Shown: positions 11,801 through 22,470 of the stretch, in pieces
How the letters are laid out: each line of letters starts with the position of its first letter
How positions within the stretch are numbered: the first letter of the stretch is position 1
DNA from: Marsupella aquatica
Lineage: Eukaryota; Plantae; Marchantiophyta
Reading direction: 5' to 3'
Length of the DNA stretch: 64,000 nucleotides
NCBI GenBank assembly: GCA_973895155.1
Contig: OZ316895.1
Coordinates: 7,056,184-7,120,183 of the forward strand
The notes under the pieces: model-generated
Databases searched by the model: none
Seen by the model: only the letters and a program-made list of their open reading frames with translations
Told to the model about the DNA's origin: nothing
Program-made: the position numbers and the translations under genes

Positions 11801-14800
11801 CAACCTTCGTGTGCTCTGCGTGTCCAGCATTTTTCACAAGCCTCTGCAGTAGCTCAAAGAAAATCCCATTATGGGATTTGTTGCCTCTAATCCATTCAAT
11901 TAACTGTGCCTTGTCCACTTCGAGTTCTGCTGCCTCAAAGGACTTCTCGAAGATTGTCAGGTCTGATAACTTGGATGGATTTAGTTGTGCAGATTCCTTC
12001 ATATTTGCACTAGGAGGACTGTTACATTTATCATTCCTGGATTGTACCAATATGGGACATGACTGCCTGTCTTGAAGTGTTGAAGCAGACCCTGGTATCT
12101 GACCATGGTGGGGGCAAGAATTGGATTGGTTAAGGAATCCATCCTCTATAGTTTTGCCTTTCTTCATAGCTTGCTTCACAGGTGTAAGCGAGGGATATGC
12201 CAACCATAACCCAAGCTCCGGAGCCAGCAGCCGAGCGGCATATTCGGTTGCCTGTATATACTGATTAAGGTTCACCAGATCTCGGGCAAGGTTACAATTC
12301 CCGAATTCTGAGGCTCCTCCCACTAAGCCCTTGATTTTTGTTCGTAGACCATCAATGTACTTCAATACTGGCACGCAAATGAAACAAGGTGCTAGCTCCA
12401 AAGTTACTCCTTGGTATCTTATGGAGTAAATTCGATCACTATTGAAGAGCAAACGAACTTGAATCTCCCCGTCCCGGCCTGAAGGCCTGAACAATAACAG
12501 TATCAAGACAGAAAAAAGATGATCTTGTGGTAGTACCGTAACATTTGAGGCAAGTACCTCCGATGCGTTAGACGTATAGGGCATATTGACAGCGACTGCG
12601 ATGTGAAAGGAAACGTCCTTGCGAACTTCAACTGATCTGGAAATCAGGTTCAATCGATTGAACTGGACTCTACGGAGTTGAGTCCCGATCATTACTTTCC
12701 ATTGAATCCTTCGAGAATCTGAAGGGTGACCCACATAAATCTCCTCCATTACCTCTTTCTCTTTTCTATTGATGACAAGCTTTCCATTTCTAGAGAAGAA
12801 ATTTGCCATATAACTTGCCAATCGAGCCATGTCAGGCAGGTCTGAAATTACACGTGGAGAGGAGAGAGAAGTCAACTGTTCCTGTTGGAGTCCACATTGT
12901 ACCAGAACTGCTCGCTCAAAGGATGGTACGATCCTCTGAATGGGCCCCAAAACCTGCAAGTAGCCCAAACCATGATGACATTGTTTTAAGTGTTCTTTCT
13001 GCTGTACATAAGCAAATAGAATCTGCACCCGTCATTCACTGATCTGCTTGAGAGGCATAAGAAAATCTGCGATACGGAAACAACTAGTCGTCAATGATTT
13101 ATAAGCGGGATCAAATTATTGAACGGAGCTAGGGTCTCACCTTTAACGCCATTTCAAGCTTTAGAATGTCGGGTCCAGCTAAGTTAGGAGGTACATTGTT
13201 TAGCTTAAAGGAGACATGCGCAGGCATGTTTGATTTCTCTAGGTCTCGGATTTCAGCAACACCTTGTAAATTCTTGGCAGGGACACCTATGAACCAATTG
13301 TGTGAGAATCCTCCCGCTATTACCATCTGTACAACTGCTACGTTATCACAAAATTTTGGGATGGTTTGATGTCTTCGATATTTCTGATTCTTGTAGGGAT
13401 CAACGGCTGCTAGCGTCCTCAACTTGGCGAGCTCATCCTCCATGCCTTTACCAAATTCTCTGGTGACGAAGATAATTGTCTTTCGAGCATAATCTCTCAC
13501 CAAAAGAAGAAAACAGTGCAAACTCGACTGCCTCAACTCACTCCTGTAAATCCACTGCTTGCTCGCCAATTGGGACTGCATGCGTACCCACTCATGATAG
13601 ACCTGACAAAAGACCAATAAGTTACTGGCATATCCTCCTTGAAAGTGCAACCTTGCTCTCAAGTTTGCTATCCTTCGCTCTTGAAGTGACACTGGATCCA
13701 CAGAGCCGCGGTTATCCAGGAAAGGTTGGTTGAAAATATCAGCTTGTAAGCTTATGCCTGCTGCCATGATCACGCAATCCACCGAGCACCCGGCTGCGAC
13801 ACCCAGGAGCACAAACCGAGCCAAGTGAACGTCTGGTGAAAGCTCAACTGCGAGTCTGCCAAGCGGAGTAAGTTCGCAGGAATCTGACGAGCTAGTCTCG
13901 GTGATCGCTCCCAATATTTGCAGCTCTTGCATGGAAACCCTTACATCCTTGAGTTGAAGTGAATCCAACAGCTGTCGCAGAAGATCGACGACTGAAAAAT
14001 CGGGAAATCGACTTTGGAATAAACTTTTGACTCGCAGGATATTGGACCCCAAGTTTTGCAGTGCGATGTCTGGCTTCTCATGTGCAGGAAAATTATTGAA
14101 AGTCTCTCGAGTGTATAGCCGGATAACAAGGCCAGGGAAGAGCCTGCCAACCCTACCAGCTCGTTGGGTGGCAGAAGCTTTCGAGCACCACACTCTTGAT
14201 ATTTTGCCACCTGACGTCTGGCAATAATCTATTTGCATCTGATGACCCAGGTCCAATACCACTCGCACATTAGCGATCGTCAGGCTGCTCTCTGCAACAT
14301 TAGTGGCGATGATAACCTTCAAAGTACCTGGAAGTGATGGCGCAATTACAGTAGCTTGCTCCTCCCTGCTAAGCATCGAGTGGAGCAACATAACATCCAA
14401 TGGTGGAAGTCTTGCATCCCTAAACCTCGACACCCTCTCAAAACCTTGCTGTATCTCGGTGATGTCTGAGTAGGTCGCCACAAACACCAAAATACAATCA
14501 CCCGCCTGCCCAACGTGCATGATAAGACCTGTGATAAGATCGATTGCAAAATGGGGTAGGTTGGTGCCATCTAATGCTCTCACACCAGTTCCAGAGATCT
14601 CCAGGAACCTGGTACCGAGATCTGCCACTGTTTTGGGAAGATCTGGCAGATAACCCAGTATCTCGTCCATGTGGACAATCTCGACGGGAAATGTGCGGCC
14701 TCTGATGATAATTGGTTCGACGTTCTGATCTCGCGCGGTTTTCAGTAAACAACTGAAGTACTTCTGCAGTGGGCGAACTTCCATAGTGGCCGACATAATG

Positions 14801-16545
14801 ATCAGCTTGGTTGAGTGGAATGACTGCCATCCACTATTGTTTCCAATGCCACCCAGTAAAAGCTTCAAAAGAAGTAACAGGAAGTCCTGCTCCACGCTTC
14901 TGACGTGCACCTCGTCCAATATTAGATGTGTGATGTTGCCCGCTTTCTGATCCCGTGCCAGCCACTACCACGTACAGAAGCAAACCATATGAGCTTATTT
15001 AACCCAACGATGCAATGTTATCGAAGTCTAGCTGAATCACCATGGCGAACGCTCATACAAATCCAGAGTGAAGGTGAATTATGAATTAGCTTAGGATCCG
15101 ACATTTGATTCGTTGAAGCAATGACGGACATCAATTATTCAAAAAGGGAGGATGCCACAAATTAGAAATTGTCACTAAACATGCTTCAGAGTTCACGTAC
15201 AACTGATACAAATCACCCTCGCTGAATGATCTAATATTAATCAGACTTCAAAACAAATCTGTTTGAGAGCCTCAATTATAATCCTAAATAATTATCGCAG
15301 TTGAATCTCGCCGTTAATCAACTGATGTACGAAGCGATGGTGTCAATCTGGAGGAAAGTAAACTCGATATATCAGATCGACATATGTGAACTGTGAAAGT
15401 GGTCTGGAAAAGTTTGGAGGTCATCTGATATTAGACTGAGTGACGACCGACGACCATATGCTAGCAGAAAGCTTCTATCCAGTCTTCAACTGTTGGCACA
15501 TCATGATTTGAGCAGTTTATAAGTCTGCCAGTTGTGCAACTGCAGCAACTAGTTCGTTTTTTCTTTGCAAGACGACTGATAGCTTCCATCGACTCGAATC
15601 AGCTGCAAACATTGTATAATGAACGATCTGAAACAGAGCCGTCTTCCCCGCCTTTTTCACATAAACTTCGGAAACAAGTCTGTTGCATGGGTAGAAGTTT
15701 TCCGAAGACTTTCTGGGACATACTTCCAGAAGATAGCCGATTGTGACGAAGATGAGTCGAGTCTTCCCAAACGTAGAAGCTCGCTCGTGTGCCACAGCAA
15801 AACCCACATCTATTCCAACTCGTTCCCCCCTTGAGTGGGCTACATACTGTGCTAATGCAACAGCTGCAACTCGTCTCGGTTGTGCAACTATGACGCTTAC
15901 GCTGTTACGTCGTCCTCGAGCAGTTGCATCGTCCAGAATGAACTGTGGAACAGCAGTGCTCTTACCGCAACCTGTTTCCCCCTGCCAGGTCACAATTCAA
16001 AGTTACTCTCCTCTGCAAAATTAATGTCGCCATCCTTAACTGTTCAGATAGGATCCCTATAGAGAAGAATGATCGGAAATCAATAAATTCGTATCTGAGA
16101 GTGCAGATCGGTATTGTGAGGCTGGAAGTCAAAGTATAGTAGCTATCTCAGATGACGCTAGATACGTTTGAGCCCAACACCAAATCTATATAGTTTAATC
16201 CACTAGTCAGATTGCGCAATTGAGTTGTGGTTTCGCCAAACCCACCTGAATAAATGTGATACGGTGATCTGAAATGTGTTGCAGTATGTGTTCTCGATGA
16301 GCTAAGATAAGACTCTGAGTACGGCGATCTGAAATGTGTTGCAATTTGTGTTCTCGATGAGCTACGATATACCTCTGAGAAGTACTGCTATATTTCCGAC
16401 CTCCAGAGGGTGTTGGGTGGCTGCCAATTATTATATCCGGCCTGCGTAGGATGCCTTCCGCTGAGCTGTAGACGATGCCGTGCGCTGGCCTTTGACCATT
16501 ACTGCCTCCGCGGCGTCCCCGTGTCGTGTTCTTTATTTGCTCCAT
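4454..16545 (-). CDS. Giant multidomain nucleic-acid enzyme, ~3205 aa, 11 exons: DEAH helicase + HA2 + KH-like + CYTH-like + Toprim + DEDDy exonuclease + Upf1-like SF1 helicase
   Basis: Exons on the minus strand: 16545-16246, 15981-15724, 14964-13141, 12953-10692, 10512-9136, 8940-8413, 8156-7348, 7157-7076, 6864-6688, 6579-5766, 5640-4454. All introns are GT..AG. The total is 9618 nt, in frame, with no internal stop. Junctions rebuild conserved motifs: TFIQ|GETGCGKST, HKM|ELQRRGL, NDQ|VTSCY, TLEQ|IKYAALD, GPPGTG|KT. Confidence 0.88.
6830..7720 (-). other. Domain: DEDDy 3'-5' exonuclease (WRN/EXD2/Mut-7-like)
   Basis: ExoI LGLDCEH; LIQVST; VLRDQKIVKSGAEVHND (ExoII); SDW...LTLEQ|IKYAALDAWAS (ExoIII YxxxD). 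The last part depends on the 82-nt exon 7157-7076, which the ORF track does not show. Confidence 0.9.
8040..9200 (-). other. Domain: Toprim/primase-like, resembling the N-terminal region of cyanobacterial plasmid Rep (CyRepA1/DUF3854-type) proteins
   Basis: RNLHYQAILEKL..L...HK-ELQRRGL; IPGMNGKG..L...GIFIPARDPSGQITGGQIK; KYVWLSS; GELPL; GLCEGGLKA (Toprim Glu); PVIGASG; FFPDAG; VAWWGQ..K..DDIDDYL. Confidence 0.75.
13480..16320 (-). other. Domain: SF2 DEAH/RHA-type RNA helicase core plus HA2 (N-terminal part of the giant gene)
   Basis: Motifs I GETGCGKST, Ia QPRRVAA, Ib TIGYLL, II DEVH, III MSAT, V ATNVAESSLTI and VI QRAGRVGR; HA2-type LQILGAI...LTPLGRLAVEL. Confidence 0.95.
16261..16380 (-). 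repeat. In-frame 60-bp tandem duplication in exon 1 of the giant gene
   Basis: Lines 16261-16320 and 16321-16380 are near-identical; they encode VAHREHKLQHISDRR and LAHREHILQHISDHR. Confidence 0.9.
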
Positions 16546-16984
16546 ATCTTGCAGTCCGAACGTCCTACGAGCTACCTTCCTTTCTCTCACAACGAAAGCA
16601 ATCAATTCGATAATTGCTCACGACTGTGGGCAAAGTTTCAAGTCTCCGTCACTGGATCGGACGTCATTCAAAACCCCAGCTGGGTACACCTCTCGTTATT
16701 GGATCTCATGAACCATTTTTCTGGTTGTTTCATCCTTCGCCTCAAATGCACAGCGTTCCAAGCACAACATCAACTTTTACGGCGGTTTCTGAGGACATTA
16801 ATTGAAAAATGCGCAACAAGTGAGGTTGAATGTATGGTTTCTCTCTGACCGAATTTTTTCCAACTCCCAGCATGAAATGAATTACAATGGCAACAAACAG
16901 TACACAGTCGGTTGAGGTAAGATTACGAGGCACATTGTAATAAGGCGTCCAACCGTGAGAAACGCAGGACTGACAAGGAGTGAC

Positions 16985-17294
16985 TGCAGGTTGCACATGA
17001 AGAAGACCGAGGACATCGAGTTGCTGCACCACATGCGAGAGAGGCCCACTTCAGCGCCAACTTCGACTCCTGCGAGTGATCCACCACCACCATTACATGC
17101 TTAGAAAAGCCCCCAATGTTGCCGTTGTCGGCTTCGTCCACATTCGCCGACCACTCGGTCTTCTTCTTCGAGCCCCCTCTTCTTGTGAGCCTCGTTCTTC
17201 CCCTGAAAGAACTCCCTTCTCCCTCTGCAGAATGTGCCGCCAGCTCTTCGCACCATGTCACTCCCGCCCTTACTCCTCGTCTCTGTTGGAGCAT
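16985..17294 (-). pseudogene. Frameshifted fragment of a plant universal stress protein (USP-A-like) gene
   Basis: KHVMVVVDHSQESKLALKWA in one frame continues as (L)SHVVQQLDVLGLLHVQP after a 1-nt frameshift near 17042. This matches the USP N-terminal beta1-alpha1-beta2 pattern; the rest of the domain was not found. Confidence 0.7.
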
Positions 17295-19764
17295 CTCGAC
17301 CTCTCTCCACTAAATATAATAATAGGCAGCCACCCAATACCGTCGTGAATTTGCCGCCTACATGCAAAAGCTATAGTACTGTAGCTAAGCTCAGTACAAG
17401 CTGAACCTACTCGACTAGCAACAAGGTGACAGTGACCGGAACTAAATCATGTCGAATTGCCATCTTGAATTTGCCGCCAACATGCAAAAGATTTCGTGCA
17501 TGGCAAGTACATTGCGACGCTGAATTTCGTGATGGGATCTCATCATACCGACCCAACAGTTCTTCAGTCTGTACCTCTCATATTGTGACTACATCAAGAT
17601 TGACGTGCCCCGATATTCTCGCTCCAGCCCAAATTCATTCTTTCTTTCGCTCGTGCGAGATATACATATATCCTTTCACCCAAATAAAAGAGATCTCTCA
17701 CTCTCTCTCGTTGCAAAATCTAAAGGATGAAGAGACCATATCGGCCACAATCATGTGACCGTTGCCAAGATTTGGCACAGGATATGTCTAATGTACTTGA
17801 ACAATCATGGAATGGACAAAGCTAGCTACACAAGTGAAGCAGGGAACCAAGGCATGCTGAGTGTACAGCAAAGCCAATCGAAATGCAGGCCATAACTTCT
17901 GCTAAGAAGATTACTTCTTTGAATGTGACCATCAGTCTGCGACTAAGGGTCGAACCCGTCACTCCCAGACCCATCACAGGCACAAACAAGATCAGATGCA
18001 AAAACGAAAATCTGAGCGTGGAACCCAGCAAAAATCTACTTGTAAGAACATGCAAAGTGACATAATTTTATGTCAGTAAAAGCCTATCCTCTCTACTCTG
18101 CCTTTCTCCTCATCCTGTGGGTGTTCAGCTTAATTTGGGGCTCTGGTTCTCCCCTCTCTCCCTCCTGGTGTCGGTATGACCCCGTTGTGGGCTACCCTAC
18201 AGAAGTGCATGCTCGGGAGTTGATAATCTATCCTGTTTGGATGGGTCAACTTTTAGTTTCAAGAGGAAAATAACAAATGATAAAATCGTTTTGATAAGTG
18301 TGTTTCTGTTTTATAAAGATTCCAGCGGCAAGCTTGGAAAGGACTCCCATCCCAAACCTCTTGCTTGTCCCGATTCCAAAACTCCAATGGAATCTATTGA
18401 AACTTTATTTTGCAAAGAGTATTGATTTGCTCTCATGCAAGGAGAATTTTGTTGTTCATTCAAGTAGAGAAGTTGGGATCGAGATCCCCTCCAAGCATAT
18501 CACTCATCAAAAAGCATTTATCTTAGGTCTGAAAAATTATTTTAGTTCTCCATGAATTTATTCTTTTTATACATGTTAAGCCGATATATGAAGGTGCCAA
18601 AAGAGTAATTGAATTTATTCTTTTCATAATTGTTGGGCCAGAATATCAAGGTGTCAAAAAAAACAAAAACCCCACACTGGGAGACCAATTCCCAAGAGGA
18701 AACGACCCAATGAACGGGACAAGGGAAAACCTCCAAAGCCAGTTGTGTCCAAAACTGGTTGGTCCAATTGGAATCCTTCAGGTCACGAGGTCAAACCTTG
18801 TGATCATTTCGATCCCAGCCTCAACTGCCAATATACAATAAGTTGGACGGTGATCCACTCACTGCTCATGGTGTCCGGTTGTGGATGCTACAGAACGAAT
18901 ATTATTGAGATCTTCTAGTTTGTTATGAGATCTTCTCGTACGTTGTGCAAATGAGGATGACTCAAAAAGCGACAAATGAGGTGAAAAAGCATCATGGTCA
19001 GTAACAGAAACCCCAATCAAAATACTATTATCCATTCATTCCATTGACTGTCATAGAGTTGGGCCCCATTACTAAAAAGGGCAAATCAAAGTTCAGTGTA
19101 GTGAAAGTAAAAGAGATGAAGGGAAGAACAAACACCAAACTCAATAAAAGGAGAAATGTAAACCCCTAAACCTAGAAAGGGGAAAAAATAAAAGGGAAGA
19201 TCTTTCTTTTGCTCACTTGGGCCCATTCTTTGACTTTACGACATCACAGAGAGCCATGTAGGGACCATCATATTGGCCCAAAAATAATTAAATATTGAAA
19301 AGTTCAGTCCCTATTACGAAGATTTAGGCAGTGCTTTGGGAAATTAGGAAAAAACTTCCAATTAAATTTTAGAAATATTCTAAGCATTTTGATATAAAAC
19401 ACTCATGTATCTGTGTATGCATTGTTTTTAAAGCTAAACCCTGATAACATTGTAGACACTACAACAAAAACACTGGCAAAAAAAGTGTATGCTTGGGCAA
19501 AATCTGAGAGTGGCATGATAAATTAGAAGACTTTTTGTGAGTTTTTGCAAGGTTTTTCAGTGAAGGTTGTTGTGGCTTGAATCTGTGATGTGGGAGCAAT
19601 ACAGTGGCACAGATGTTTTTGATCATACTTTGGCCCATTTGGCTTGCTTTCAATTGGGCTGAATTGTAGCTTCAAGACAAAGAAAATTCATTTATGTCAA
19701 GACACTGCAGATTTTGTGTGGAATTAATTCAAGCTGTAGCATCACTTAGAAATCTGAACTGAAA

Positions 19765-22470
19765 GCCCACACGGACCACATTTCCCAACTTGGAGTTTAA
19801 TTCTATAACTATATATTCATAAACCCAACTTCATTTTACTTTTGTGAATATGCTTGAGTAGGTAAGATGCATTTCCATTGAGTGACAGTAGAGATTTGGC
19901 CATTTTGGCTCTATTTCTCATTATAAATTGAGGAGTAGGTTTCATTAGATTCATTTTCATAGTTTTAATTTGATATGTTTGGGGTCTGTGGTTTTTACAA
20001 TCGCCTCCTTCCCTAGTTGCCTTGCAGATGGAAAACTTTATTGGACTTCTTTGGTCTTTTTGGGTCCTTTCACTTCCCTTTATTGAGTTGGTTTGCCTTT
20101 GGGACCCTTGTCTCCTGGTGTATTGGGTTTTTATTATATGGCACTCTGTTACATATGATTTTAGAACTCATGATCATCAAAGTTACGGACCCCAAACTCC
20201 CATGGACCACCCAAATGTGGTCCACAGGAACAATGTGTTCTAACATGGTAGCCCATGTTTCTAGAAATTCCTCCCCCTCACAGGGTAGCGCAGTACGATA
20301 TGTCGATATTGATGTTAGCTTTAGCGATTTTAATGGCAGACCAGCACTGTGCTCTATACGGTACAGGACCCCACGTGATGCCGAGTCTTGCCGTTCGTTC
20401 CCATTCCCAAGCAATTTCGTGGACCCTTCATGGACACGCCATTCCTTAATGAGATGCAGTGTGGTACTGTACTGTACAGTGCGTGCTTCCTGACCTGACC
20501 GGCCCTAGAAAAGCTCATGATACATCCTTCATTCATTCATGCTGCATACATGCATCGATGCTGCAGCTTCATGACCCTTTTTTATCCTTGAACGGTTCAC
20601 ATTTATTAAATGAGGAGTAAATTGAACTTTCGTGACCTGTGTAATCTTCCAGTGTAATCTTTAAGGTTTTTTCTTATTAGCCAGAGTTCGTTATTAGCCA
20701 GAGTGGAGAATGTGAAGATGTTAGAACTGTTCTCTATCTGAAATTCCTAAATTAGTTTTGACCATTAGATCTTCGGTGGTCAACAACGTCGGTGACAAAT
20801 TGAGGAAGTATTACACATTTATTTCCACAGGAACTTTACATAAACCCAGCTATTTCTCTGTTGCTTTACCATTCGTTTCACATTAGATCTACATGGGCTT
20901 TTTAGGCTTTACAAGCAGCAACTCATACTTTTTCATTGGATTTCAGTGGGGCCCTTGATCTCATCTCAAAAGACATTTGGTAAAATATGGTGTCTATCAT
21001 TTGGGCAGGAAATGACCCGCCTTACCCACAGGAGCTTGCCTGAGTGACCACAAATGTGCCCCCACATCCTATGAAGCCATTTCTTATCAACCACGGGATA
21101 ATTGGTCTATGTATCACTGCAAAACTGTAGACTTCTGAACTTATCAATAAGAGTTGTATAGTTTACATCTCTTTGTTAAATGTGAAATATATCCTTCATC
21201 AGTAAAGAGTCTTGTGACTCGCACCCTAAATTATACATCCTTGCCCTAAATTTGGTCCCCTATACCAGAGTGAAATTTTTACTCTACTAAGAAATGTCAC
21301 CCACTTATCAGTAAGCGAAATTCCACAGGATTGTGCGCTTACAGATAAGTGTTAATGTACTCTTAACAAGGGTTTGTACTTTTTAGCAATGAAAATTAAG
21401 GCCTGTTAGGACTCACGGAATTGCGCAAAATAGTGTCTGTAAAACAAGGGAAGAATGGGACAGCTTGCAGTTAGCCGGTTTTGCACTGATGGTTTCTGCA
21501 CTTAGGGAGAGATGATTGTACTGCACAATAATTAAAAAGCGAAGAAGCGTCAGCCAGCAAGTGGAAGAAAAGACAAAAGGTATGTTGTCTTTTCCGTTAC
21601 TGAATCATTCCAAGTACATGTGAACGGAAAGGAAAGACCGCGAACTTACTTGATACATCGGGGTCTACAATGGATGATCTATCGGTGTTTACTTTTATTC
21701 ATGTAAAGTCTTGTGAGTCAAGTCCGACAAAAAAGCATCTCCTGGTTACACAGTATTGTCTTCCATTTGGCAGTAAATAAATAAATATTAGAATTTTGGA
21801 GTGGACTAACATCCTGCTGCAAAGGAAAATGAAATCAGGATCAACCACCATGTTGGACCCCATGCTCCCATGGACCACATTTGTTGGTCCATGGGAGTTT
21901 GGGTTTATAAGTAAAACAATTTATAGTTCTTCACCTGCAAGGTAATCAGACAAGGAGGAGACGTAAAGAAAACACAAGCCCTAATATTTTATATTAACAT
22001 AATGAAAATCTAATCAAAAGAATTCACCCTGAGCATTATAAATAACTAAATAACTGAAACAAAATGGCAAAAATTCACTCTCATTTTGATGAAAGTGTAG
22101 CTTACCTTCTCCTCTAGTACATTCTCAAAACTAAAAAATATTTGAATTTACTAGCATCTTATTATAAAAACGAAACTAAGTCTACTCTTAAGAGCCTAGG
22201 GTCTAGAGTGAAGTCTCTAGACCTTAAATTCCAGTATAGACAAAAGTGATCATGAATCTCAATTAAAAAACATTTAAAATGAAGATTAACTAAATAGCAT
22301 AGAAATATTATTATGTAAGATTTCTTTTCTTCATATCTGTTTACGCGGGTAATCGGGCTAGTTGAATTCAAATCTCTCAAAACTAAAAAATATTTGAATT
22401 TACTAGCATTGAATTCAAATCTTGGGAAATATGGTAGGGGGGTTTCAACTGTCCAACGTTGTGGTCCATG
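19765..22470. mobile_element. Degenerate non-autonomous DNA element with long imperfect inverted repeats
   Basis: acccaaactcccatggaccacccaaatgtggtcca (20189-20223) is the near reverse complement of ~21871-21904. Weaker inverted similarity continues between ~19780-19980 and ~21990-22440. Confidence 0.5.

Noticed and set aside
4454-16605. Reading the co-oriented minus-strand ORFs as a prokaryotic defence operon or as several separate genes
   Set aside because: ORF ends coincide with GT-AG splice sites, phases are consistent, and conserved motifs are split across the gaps, so they are exons.
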